Assembly (NCBI GenBank): GCA_964019335.1
Contig: OZ025665.1
Span: forward strand, 310,001 to 374,000
Length of the DNA: 64,000 nt
Direction of reading: 5' to 3'
Origin: Diplonema japonicum
Lineage: Eukaryota > Protista > Euglenozoa: Diplonemea
Each line of letters begins with the position of its first letter. Positions within the stretch are counted from its first letter, which is position 1. The notes under the pieces were generated by a model that was not told the DNA's origin, made no database searches, and was given only the letters and a program-made list of their open reading frames with translations. The translations under genes and the position numbers were made by a program. This document shows, piece by piece, positions 32,646 to 42,631 of the stretch.

Positions 32646-32788
32646 CTTCTGCGCCCCCCTGGTAGATGATCATGGGAATGGAGAAAAAGGGCAACGGAGA
32701 AAAAAAAAAAAAAAAATAGCACTGGCCCGTAAAAGTAAAATAAAACCTGATGGGAAAATTTTTAGTCGTTTTTTTTCGTATTTGATGT

Positions 32789-33484
32789 CTATTCCTTGGG
32801 GTTGTAGATGGTGACAACGTCGGGTTGGGGCTTGGTGGGGCCCTTGTTGCCAGTAGGGTCCCAGTCCAACATGATCTTAACCTTCAGACCCAGCACACCC
32901 TGACGCATGTACACGTGACGAGTGCAGGTGGAGACGAAGCTGCGGGGGACGTCACCAGAGCTCTTCATGTACCCGTCAGCGAATTTCATGGCCTTCGCCC
33001 TCTGACCCCTAACCTTACCGGCAACAATGAGTTCAACACCCTTTGCCTCAGACTCCATCACGAACTTAATAACACCGTAGCAAGCCCTACGGACAGGGAG
33101 CCCGCCTACAAGCTTGTAGCGCAGCGACTCGGCCTGTGCAATGGCGGAAAGACCCCTGTTGCTCACCCTCTCAGCGTACAGCTCAACGCCTCCCTCAGGG
33201 AAGCCGAACCTCTTCTGGACAACAGATGTCAGCTCACGAATGCGCCTGCCACCCTCACCCAGCACATCCTTTGAGCGGGTGGCCTTGATGATGACCTCAG
33301 TACGCTGGGGGGTCACGCGAACCTGTTTGTATTTTTTTTCTTCTTGCATTTTTTTTCCTCGTACCTCAACACCGGAGAAACCATCCTCAGCAAGCTCCCT
33401 GCGGAGGAATTCACTAAGCTCACAGTAGAACACACCGTCCGCAACGAACTTCCTCTTCCTTGACAGGTTCGCGGAAATGGCCAT
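32789..33484 (-). CDS. RPS3: 40S ribosomal protein S3 (uS3); in-frame intron 33323-33364
   Basis: [45 protein letters not shown]; removing 42 nt restores SGVEVRVTP. Confidence 0.97.
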   Translation of the reverse strand: MAISANLSRKRKFVADGVFYCELSEFLRRELAEDGFSGVEVRGKKMQEEKKYKQVRVTPQRTEVIIKATRSKDVLGEGGRRIRELTSVVQKRFGFPEGGVELYAERVSNRGLSAIAQAESLRYKLVGGLPVRRACYGVIKFVMESEAKGVELIVAGKVRGQRAKAMKFADGYMKSSGDVPRSFVSTCTRHVYMRQGVLGLKVKIMLDWDPTGNKGPTKPQPDVVTIYNPKE

Positions 33485-33577
33485 CTTGTTTAATAACTGA
33501 GGGGTAGGTACACGTAAACAGAAAAATCGAAGACGATAAAAAAAAAAAAAAAAAGAGTACAAAAGCTGTCTAAAAAT

Positions 33578-35146
33578 CTAACATCTATTCCGGCGTTCCT
33601 GCAGCGCCACAATTGCAGGCACGTTCGGGTCAATACTGAGCTCTGCAGGCCATCTCCACTTTTGCTGTACGGGGTTCTTTTGATTTGCGGGCTGCGCCTT
33701 TAGCATGTTCTCCTTTTGCTGAAATCTGTTTAGACACAGCACAGGCACCGCCGAAAGCGGTTTCCTTTGGCTTCGCCTGTATCGCAGGACACTCTTGATC
33801 ACCGACACGCAAGCGGCAGTTGCAACAAGCTGGACACACTGCCAACGTAGCTTTTCCAGAATGCTGAACATCTCGCGGGAGAGCCACACCATTTTGTGCC
33901 CCACGGCGTGGCTGCACCTTGTGGCCTTAGTTGCTCCATGCAACATCCTCAAGACTTCATGGGAGTACCTGCCTACAAATTTCTTCTTCTCAATCCTGAC
34001 AGACAGCATGTCCCGAAGGTGGCACACAGTAGGCACAATGTGCAATGCAGAAGCATCTGCTTCAAGATGCTCACCTGTGAGACATCTCACATACTTCCAA
34101 GTGGCACCGTTCAGAGACTCCATCAAGGACCGCATCCCATGACTAGGCAGATGTAGTGTGTTCAGCACCGCGTTCGTCGACACCCATCTGGTGTGCTCTT
34201 CCTGCTCTTCGTTCTGGCTGACGTCAAGCTTACCATAGGCGGCGACATAAAGGGGGTCCTCGCCATGCAGCCCGTCTCGTCTTGCCTCCTCCAATTCTTT
34301 CATGAAAACAGAAAACAGGTACTGGTCTTCAAACACTTTCGAAGCTTTGCTGTGCACGTAGTTGGCATCAGGGGCAATGGCATGCGTGTCAATAAAGTGC
34401 ACTTCTTGCAGGACGCTTTCCCCCATTTCCACAGCTGTGTACCGGTTGAGGCGCACCACCACCCACTGCACCACTGTGTTGTATAGAATGCGCAGTGTCG
34501 ACGGCGTGATATCGACAGCCCCGGAGACGCCAAGGAATCGCCGTGCGCTCGGATTAAGCTTCTGGCTGTTGCTGGCAGAAAGGATGGCAGCTACACATGG
34601 CCAAAGGGCGTCCATCCTGTCTTCAAGAGGCACACCTGCTTGGGCTAGCAGCGCGTCTACGCGATGCGGCGTGCTGCTATGGTGCAGGGGGCGCATATCC
34701 GTGAGAACGTCAGGGAAGCAGGATACCACTGTAACTTTGCTACCTACAATTTCGCCAGCCGATATGTATAGAGTAGTGACGCACGTGGCGCTGGTCACGC
34801 CTTCGATGTTCGACGAGAAGTACTTGACAACCTCAAGTGCCGTCTCCAGCCTGCTTAGGACCCCTTCCTTGCAAACATTCCGCCCGATTACCTGTTTCAA
34901 GCACTCAGCAATGGCAGTCGTTTTCCCAGACTTTCTACTTCCTGATGCTATGATGCATGTCTTTTGATCACGCAGCACTTTCCCGTTCTTGTACATGTTT
35001 CCCACCAGTGTGTCAACCCCGCCACGTGCATGAGCATCGTTGCCTGTGTTAACCTTCACCAACAGCGACCCGATCCACGCGCAGACTGCCGCTGTAGTGG
35101 AGAGAAGCGTTATGACCTCTTCCGGAGCTGCTGCCAAGAGGTCCAT
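33578..35146 (-). CDS. Highly divergent myosin-motor-like protein
   Basis: DQKTCIIASGSRKSGKT P-loop, LYNTVVQWVVVRLN, LMESLNGATWKYVRCL, AVGHKMVWL. Confidence 0.65.
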   Translation of the reverse strand: MDLLAAAPEEVITLLSTTAAVCAWIGSLLVKVNTGNDAHARGGVDTLVGNMYKNGKVLRDQKTCIIASGSRKSGKTTAIAECLKQVIGRNVCKEGVLSRLETALEVVKYFSSNIEGVTSATCVTTLYISAGEIVGSKVTVVSCFPDVLTDMRPLHHSSTPHRVDALLAQAGVPLEDRMDALWPCVAAILSASNSQKLNPSARRFLGVSGAVDITPSTLRILYNTVVQWVVVRLNRYTAVEMGESVLQEVHFIDTHAIAPDANYVHSKASKVFEDQYLFSVFMKELEEARRDGLHGEDPLYVAAYGKLDVSQNEEQEEHTRWVSTNAVLNTLHLPSHGMRSLMESLNGATWKYVRCLTGEHLEADASALHIVPTVCHLRDMLSVRIEKKKFVGRYSHEVLRMLHGATKATRCSHAVGHKMVWLSREMFSILEKLRWQCVQLVATAACVSVIKSVLRYRRSQRKPLSAVPVLCLNRFQQKENMLKAQPANQKNPVQQKWRWPAELSIDPNVPAIVALQERRNRC

Positions 35147-35233
35147 CGCCTGTAGGGTTGAGAATATGGCAAGGCTGGCAAAGAATAATTAAAAAAGAAA
35201 AACAATTCTCAGGTATGGAAAGAAATGAACACC

Positions 35234-35503
35234 TTAAGGCGGTGTGTTCCTGGGTGGTCCGTACTGGTAAGTTGTCGTGTCGCTATTGGCGGCAGACGTC
35301 ACGTTCCCCTTCGTACCGTGAACGGCCTTCGGGCACCCCCCAAGCTCGGCACCCATAAAGGTGCTCATTAGCCCCTTGGAGGCTGCAGGCCACTCCTGAC
35401 ACGTGTTATCCACTTTCGACACAACATGAAAACTGGCTTGCATTTTGCGTGTAACTGAATACATCGATTTGGTTGTACGACCGTATCCTGCACACCAAGA
35501 CAT
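35234..35503 (-). CDS. Small hypothetical protein (89 aa)
   Basis: ATG follows a pyrimidine tract/AG; fills an otherwise empty slot in the cluster. Confidence 0.55.
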   Translation of the reverse strand: MSWCAGYGRTTKSMYSVTRKMQASFHVVSKVDNTCQEWPAASKGLMSTFMGAELGGCPKAVHGTKGNVTSAANSDTTTYQYGPPRNTPP

Positions 35504-35695
35504 GCACTAAGAAGGAGATAGGTGCTCATAGGCTTTAAAAGAAAACAAAGACCGGTATCATCCCTCTTTCTTTAAAGGTGCGGAGCATGATGGACACTGG
35601 CAAGATGGGAGGTGGGGAGGGGGAAACGGTTAGTACTAGAGTAGAGGGGGGGTTTTTTTTTTCATCAAGAAAAGGCTAAAAAAAAGAAATTCTAT

Positions 35696-36487
35696 TCACA
35701 AGGTTTTCTTCTGCATAATATCACATTCAGGAAGGACAGGGTTGGGGTCGGTAGTTCTGTTGGGAGAGGTGCTGGCCTCCCTCCTAAAAGGTTCATCTTT
35801 CGAGGAATCGCTCGGCTTAAGGCGTTTGAGAAGCACAGGGAGAAGGACGAAGATACCGAGAACAAGCAAGCCGGCCCATTCCTTCTTACCAATTGGTGAT
35901 GTCGCACCCGAGGCAATGACATGTCGTAGCATGGCACCTGCATGAACTGCGATAAAGGTCTGGGGTGCAATGCCGATCACAGTGGCCAAGGTTAGAGGGA
36001 GCGCTGCGACACCTACATGGGGAGAGACAACATTAATAAACCAGTTGGGTAGCACAGGCGACACACGGAGAAACACGAGGAACATGAACTTATCAAATGC
36101 ATCATTCTCGGCAACCTGTTTTCTGAACCACGTGACCTTCTCGTTCATGCCCGTTGCTGTCACGATCCGCATAATAAGCTGGCCGCCCCACTTATTCGAT
36201 ATGGTGTAGGCCACCATGGCTCCTACTGTGCCTGCTGTGACACCCACAGCCATGCCTTCCTTGTAACCAAACACACACCCCATTACTACGTTTAAAAATA
36301 TCGACCCTGGTATGTTGAAGGACTGCAGGATGATAAACACGCACAGCACGCACACTAAGCACTGCCAGTAGTTCGCTTCCGCAAAATAGCCCAGTTTTTC
36401 AGCCACGTCGCCCGCCTGCACGAGGTCGCGAGGCAGGTACAACTGGGGTAGAAGCTCTTCAAAAGTAATAGGTGCCGAGGTCTCCAT
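35696..36487 (-). CDS. TMEM41: TMEM41/DedA (VTT, SNARE-associated) membrane protein
   Basis: LQSFNIPGSIFLN..G..FG and FLRVSPVLPNWFIN signature. Confidence 0.9.
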   Translation of the reverse strand: METSAPITFEELLPQLYLPRDLVQAGDVAEKLGYFAEANYWQCLVCVLCVFIILQSFNIPGSIFLNVVMGCVFGYKEGMAVGVTAGTVGAMVAYTISNKWGGQLIMRIVTATGMNEKVTWFRKQVAENDAFDKFMFLVFLRVSPVLPNWFINVVSPHVGVAALPLTLATVIGIAPQTFIAVHAGAMLRHVIASGATSPIGKKEWAGLLVLGIFVLLPVLLKRLKPSDSSKDEPFRREASTSPNRTTDPNPVLPECDIMQKKTL

Positions 36488-36619
36488 CTTCTATTCTTAA
36501 CGGTTACCTGTACAATCTCTTTCCCCACCCGATCCCCCCCCCCCCCCCCCCCCCCGTTTGCGTGGTAACACATAAAGGAAGTCGAACTTTTTATTAACAT
36601 AATGCGTACATGAGGGTGT

Positions 36620-38065
36620 CTAGGACAGACCCGGGACGCCGTTCTGTTTGAGATATTCTTCATAAGCAGCGACAACGTCGTCGTGCTGTTGTTGAGGGTT
36701 TGGCGGTAAAACAAAAAAAAAAAAAGAAAGGGATAATGTGTGCATACCTGTTGAGTTGTAAGGGAGAGCTGTTGTTGGAGCTCCTCGATAACGGAGTTCT
36801 TGGACTCAAGCATGTCTTCAAGCTTTCGTTCGACTTGCTGTGTTGTCGGTTTTTCTTCTTCTTCTTCTTTTTTTTGTTCCAGCCCATACCTGGTACTCTT
36901 GTTCGCCGCCTGTTGTGACAGCCGCTTTCAATACTTCACCCAGCTGTGCGTCCTTCTTCTCCAGCTGTGCTGTGAGCACCTCAACGTTCTTTTGCAGAAC
37001 GACACCTTTAAACACAGCCTTCTGTTGAATCTCATTCATCATCTGCTGGTACTTCTTGAAGATCAGCTCCTTCTCTTCTTGTAGTTTGTTGTACCTTTGG
37101 TCCAGCACCTCGTGCTCCCAAGACAGCGTCTTAAGCTTCTGTTCCAACCCCAAGAGGGACTGTTTCGCGGTGCGCAGCGCTGTTTTGTCGTTCTCGTAAT
37201 CCTGCAGTTCGTGGCGCAGGAGGTTGACCTCCTTCAATGCCTTTGCTAAGGGTTCCGTCAGCCGTTTGTTTTCCTGAGCGATTTCGAACATAACCTTCTC
37301 TTGATACGCCTCGCTCTTCTTCATTTGATTCACCGTCTCCTTCAAAGCCTTGATGTTCTCCAAGTTGTTGCTGGTGATATCGTTGTAGTAGTCCCTGATG
37401 TCTTGGAACGCCCTGTCGTGCTGCGACATGAGATCTTTCACGTGTTCTGTTTTCCTTTTCTCGATGTCGTCGATCTCCATTTTGCGCCGCATTTCCATCT
37501 CTTCCCGCACGTTCTTGATTTTCTTTTCGTACTTGGCTTGGATCTCCTTCATCTGCCGCTCGTACGCTTGATTCAGTATCGTCAGTTCTTTGAACGTGTT
37601 TAGCTTCATGCGATGCACTTGGTCTTTGTGCTCCAGTTCCTGCGCCTTCTTTTCCTTCAGCGAGTGCCGTCTGTCCTTTTTATGGTCGCCTTCCTTCTGC
37701 AGGTGTTCTTCCAACTTGTTTTTTAGCGCCCGCTCGGCTTCTGTTTTCAACTGAGCCACCTGCACCTTGTTCTCGTAAAGCAGATGCCGCACCTTCTGCT
37801 TGTACACCTTCATCTCGACCTGGTGTCTTTCGCGCATTTCTTCTCTTTCTCTTTCCTTGTTCCTCAGTGCCGCCTTCACCGAATCCAGCTCGCGCTTCGA
37901 GATCTCCCAAAACCCGTTAATTTTTGCCCCTTCCAATTGGAAGTAGTTCCGTATCTGTCGTGCCTTCAGCAGTGCATCCCATGCAAGCCTCATGTCAAGC
38001 AGCGCCCCGCCGCTTGGCGCCACCTCCTCGCCCTTTGCTTTCCCACCTTTTTTCCCCTTCGGCAT
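36620..38065 (-). CDS. GAS8: Growth arrest-specific 8 / trypanin (dynein regulatory complex DRC4); introns 36838-36889 and 36686-36747
   Basis: RNYFQLE, HQVEMKVYKQKVRHLLYE, AFQDIRDYYNDITSNNL, ENKRLTEPL. Confidence 0.93.
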
Positions 38066-38099
38066 CTTGTGTCCTGTGATGTTGGATAAGTGGGATATG

Positions 38100-39215
38100 C
38101 TAGCGTGGCAAACAAAGGCATTCCAACAAGTCATGCAGTCCTTCCTGTCCCCATGGAAGGCCTGCCAGTATCTTGCAACACTGGGCAACGACCTCCTTGT
38201 CGGTGATGAGCGATGCCGTGTGGCGGAGGAGGTCGGTCCAGATGGCCATGTTCCAGTTAGAGGCGTTGTGCAGCAGCCACTCGCAGTGCCCGATGTAACC
38301 GCCGTCGGGGTGCTGCTCTTCGAGGAGGTCCTTGACATCCTGCAGCTGGCTGTGCAGGTAGAGCACCTCTGTGCGGAGTAGGTTCGTCATCTTGGGTAGG
38401 TTATGTACTGTGCACCAGTTGTGGTTGATAGAAAAGCAAGACTCCAGGTTCCACACCTGGTGGCCCCATCCGGAGGGCACGAAGACGAGGTCGCTGCTGT
38501 GCTGTGTAAACATCATAACCTGGACATCGTGGCCTTCGAAGGGCAGGTGGGCTATGTGGTAACCGTCCTTCTCCTTGCGGGGGATGTCCGCAAGGTTCTG
38601 GCGATGCTGCTTCATCCAATGCATGGGGGGCTCCCTCCCGAGCTTGGGCATCTCATCAGGGTGCACGAACCACCATTCCTTGACACCATGTATGTTGAGG
38701 GACCAGCTGAAAGAGTTAAAAACGTCAACGTGAAACGGAGTGTAGGAACCCTTGCTGCCGATGTACACGAAGCGGTAGTCGCTCCCATCGCCGAAGGCAC
38801 GTGAGGGGGTCGTGTTGTGCCGACAGTAGCTGTTCAAGTAGTCGGTGCCTAGGAAGGTAGGCACGGTGTAGAACTTTTTTTCACCTAACAGCTCTTGAAG
38901 GTGCCAGTCTTTAAGATACAGTGGGACGTCACGCGGTGTCTCAAAAGCGTCGAGAAACTCTTCCACCGACATGGTCACAGCGGTCTCCTCTTCCTTCTCC
39001 TCGTTGCATTGCATCACTTGCGCCATCGTGCCTTTCGGTAGACTTATAAACTCTTTGAACGCATTTTTATCGAATACATTGTCTTGCGACCATTGTGCTG
39101 CCACCCATTCCTCGTCGTGGCTCACTCCTTTGACGAGGCCGATGTAGTTACGCTTTAGGCATTTCTCGCTGAATTCTTCATAGGTTAGCCCAGAAGATGC
39201 TTCCCATACTTGCAT
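38100..39215 (-). CDS. JMJD4: JmjC-domain hydroxylase JMJD4-like
   Basis: LYLKDWHL, DYRFVYIG.KGS.TPFHVDVF.SFSWS, VFVPSGWGHQVWNL..SINHNW. Confidence 0.9.
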   Translation of the reverse strand: MQVWEASSGLTYEEFSEKCLKRNYIGLVKGVSHDEEWVAAQWSQDNVFDKNAFKEFISLPKGTMAQVMQCNEEKEEETAVTMSVEEFLDAFETPRDVPLYLKDWHLQELLGEKKFYTVPTFLGTDYLNSYCRHNTTPSRAFGDGSDYRFVYIGSKGSYTPFHVDVFNSFSWSLNIHGVKEWWFVHPDEMPKLGREPPMHWMKQHRQNLADIPRKEKDGYHIAHLPFEGHDVQVMMFTQHSSDLVFVPSGWGHQVWNLESCFSINHNWCTVHNLPKMTNLLRTEVLYLHSQLQDVKDLLEEQHPDGGYIGHCEWLLHNASNWNMAIWTDLLRHTASLITDKEVVAQCCKILAGLPWGQEGLHDLLECLCLPR

Positions 39216-39317
39216 GGTACTATGGGGAGTTTGGAGAGAGAAAGGTAAAGGGAGAAAGGGGGGGGGGGGAAGCATGTGTAAAAAAAAAAAAAAAAATCGT
39301 TTTCTATTTCTTGTAAC

Positions 39318-39479
39318 TTAGAACCATTTTCGTTTCGCTGCGCCTTTTCCAGCACACTCGTCGTATTTGTCGCTCCATAAACAGTGGAATTTGCTCCCTA
39401 AGCACGCATTTTTCGCCCTGAAACTGTCACACGGGTTCGAGGATTTGTCGGCTGCAAGTAGATCACCATTGTTAGGCAT
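39318..39479 (-). CDS. Small Cys-rich protein (53 aa)
   Basis: MPNNGD...C..C...HCLWSDKYDEC...KWF*; coding-like composition between homopolymer flanks. Confidence 0.55.
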   Translation of the reverse strand: MPNNGDLLAADKSSNPCDSFRAKNACLGSKFHCLWSDKYDECAGKGAAKRKWF

Positions 39480-41126
39480 TCCTTGATGGGTGTGGAGAAA
39501 GCGTATGTGGGAGAGGAATAGTAATGAAAGAAAAGAGGCACAAGTCGAGGGAAAATAAAAAAAAAAAGGGACCCATGAAAGGAGGGGAGGGGGAGAAGAA
39601 AATAAGGAGTAGAAACAAAGTAACGAAAGGGGGGAGGAGAAGAAAAAAAATATCACTATGATGAGGAGAAATGCTTGGAAAACCTACCAAAAAAAAAATA
39701 AATAAATAAAAGAAATGCGTGAGTCCGGCGTATGCCTTCGTCGATGTGTTTTCGGGAAAAAAAAAAAAAAAAAAAAAGGGAAGAAGAAAAAAGTGCGAGC
39801 GGTTCAAGATCACCCACCGAAAATATCTTTTTTTAAAAAAAAGTTCGGTTTGTTGTTTGTGCAAATGGGAAATAAAAAAAAAAAGAAAAAAAAAGAAAAA
39901 AAAAGAAAAAAAAAGAAACCCGCCTTGTGGCAATTACACGTAATTTCAACCTTTTACGCTGAGCTGGAGTGCTGCCCCGGTTACCACAGGTGCACATTTG
40001 TGCGATTTCCTTTTTTCAAAAATTGAAAATGTTTTTTTTTTTTTTTGTAGCGTTAGTTTTTTTTTTTTTTTTTTTTTTTTTTATTAGGTTGTTATTAGGT
40101 TTTTGATACTCGAGCTTTGGTGTCCCTGGGCGGAGCTCTTTTGATTTGGGTTAAGCACTATTTCTCTTTCCCTCATCAAACCGATAAAGCCCTACTCCAG
40201 TAGCCCCTCTTCCCTCATAAGCGGTCCCAGAAGGGACAGGCATCGCCGAGGAGAGCCCGTTACAGCTTATGCAGGGAAGGGGGGAGGGGGTGAATAGAAA
40301 AATAAAACTGAAGGGAAGGGGGGTCTTTTTTTTTTTTTTTTCCTTTTTTTGTGGAGCACGACATCACCTCTATGTATATAGAACCCTAAAAACGGGAACT
40401 GGGCTAGTGAGGCGGGTGGGGCGAAGCAAGAAAACTCATTTTTTTAATAAAAAAATAGAATGAGGGTATTAAAAAAAAAAAATGTTTAGAGGACATGTTT
40501 AAGCGGTTACATTTTAAAAAAAAGGGGGCGAGAGAGAGAGGAAAGATGAAGAGAAAGAAAGAAAGAAAAAGCAATGGAACGAGATGCAGGCATGTTACTC
40601 TGTTCAGCGCTGCACGCTGCAGCCGCAAACTTGGTCTATAACCCCATAACAAAATTATATTTCAGTTCGTAGAAAAAAAAAAGAAGAAGAAAAGAAAAAA
40701 AAAACTCAGTTCCACTTTCTTTCTCTTCATTTCCCACCCTCCCTCTTTTATTTTTTTTATTTTTTCCCATCACGCGTTCCCCTATCTGGTTCGTTTCTGT
40801 TCTAGCTACAAATCACGTTGCTATCCATACACAGTTTCTACGAGGGAAGAAGAAGAAGAAGAGAAAAAAAAAAAAAAAAACTTCTACGTTCTTCGTCATT
40901 TCTTTCACTGTTTTTGTTTTGCCTCCTTCTGCATGGGGGGAAATGTACCCAACCCCTTTAAAAAAAATTCTTTTTTCTTTCTCTGGGATTGTTTCGACTT
41001 CACTACTTCTGACAAGTGCTTTACTTGACGACAGGTAAAATGAGAAATTAAAAAAAAAAAAAAAAAAAAAAAAAGAACGAGAAAAAAAAATCACTATGAT
41101 AGGTTATGAAGTGAAACCGCCCACAG

Positions 41127-41174
<48 letters not shown>

Positions 41175-41503
41175 GAAACGAACCATTTTTAACGAGCCAT
41201 TTCTCTTTTGTCGGCTAATTGTATTCTTTTTTTTTTTTTTTTTTTTTTGCATTCTCTTAAGTCCCCTCTTAACTAAACGGGTCCCCCCCCACTTTTTTTC
41301 GACATTCTTCAGGAAATAAATAGTAAAAAAAAAAGAGATATGTGTGTGGGAAAAAAAAAAAAAAAAACATTTTTTTTAAAAAGAAGAGTCGGCAATTGTT
41401 GTTTGTACAATCCGAGAAAAAAAAAAGAAAAAGAAAAAGAATGTGCATATTCTGCTTTTGTTTTCTTTTTTTTTTTTAACCTTACTGATCGGAGAACAAA
41501 TGA

Positions 41504-41534
<31 letters not shown>

Positions 41535-41931
41535 CTCAAGCCAAAGAAAAACGTTTCCAGCACGCACTAGATGGGCTGTTAGATACAGGGAGAAGAGGAA
41601 TACCCGCTTTTTTGTTTTTTTTTCTTTTTTGTTTTCTCTTGTTTGTATAGGGCAATGTCCACAAATTCAAAAATCCTAGTAAATCTTTTCAAAAGAAATA
41701 TCTATCACGTTTCAGGGACACAGTGCTTAAACAGCACCAGATAGTACTACACCCACTCTTAACACAGGAACTCGATCTCACAGATATAATTGGCATCCAA
41801 CAATCTGGTGAAGAGGTGTAGAACTTTCCCTTTTTTTTTTTTTTTTTTTTTTCTTTTTTTTTTTGCCGTTCTTCCGTGACATGAGCTTTTTAGCCCAGTT
41901 GTCGGAAGGGGGAGGGGGAGGGTGAAAGAGA

Positions 41932-41969
<38 letters not shown>

Positions 41970-42485
41970 AGAAGACGACGATGTCTAAGGACAAATCCCA
42001 CTTGACAACTGCCCTCATAAAAAAAAGGATTGAAAAAATGTGTGGGCCGAAGCCAATATGAAAATAAAAAAAAGGGGGAGGGGGGAGCGAGGGGAAATCC
42101 TGTGGGAGCACTCCATGAACAGTAAAGCACTGCAGCAAACAGACTTTCCAGTGGACATTTCCAGTTCCTTATTTTTTTTTATTTTTTTTTTCTCTTCACC
42201 CACCTATCTTTTTTAAACAACTTCCCTTTACCATTCAAAATCATCGATCTTTCGAAAAAGTCAGTGGCTTTCTTCCCTGCCCATGTAACGAAAAGACCTT
42301 CACCCACAGCGAATAGATCCTTTCAGGGCCACAGACCACGTGACCGATCTTGAGAACACAAAACAGAGACAGGAGACACGGAGAGTGCTAGATGAGGACT
42401 GGGGAATAAAAAAAAAAAAGAAACATCAGAAAAAAATACACAGATCTCAAAAAAAAAGGGGGGGGAAGGGAAAAGGAGGAGGGGG

Positions 42486-42544
<59 letters not shown>

Positions 42545-42631
42545 ACAAACACACGCCGCAACTTTTTTTTTTCTTCTTCTTGGGAGCTTAAAAAAAAAAT
42601 AATGATCTCACCCCAATTCCCTTATAACCCT

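Noticed and set aside
39653-39661. Recurrent TCACTATGA (also near 16144, 41091, 52358)
   Set aside because: Reads TCATAG|TGA on the - strand, mostly after pyrimidines and upstream of genes; most simply 3' splice-acceptor context.
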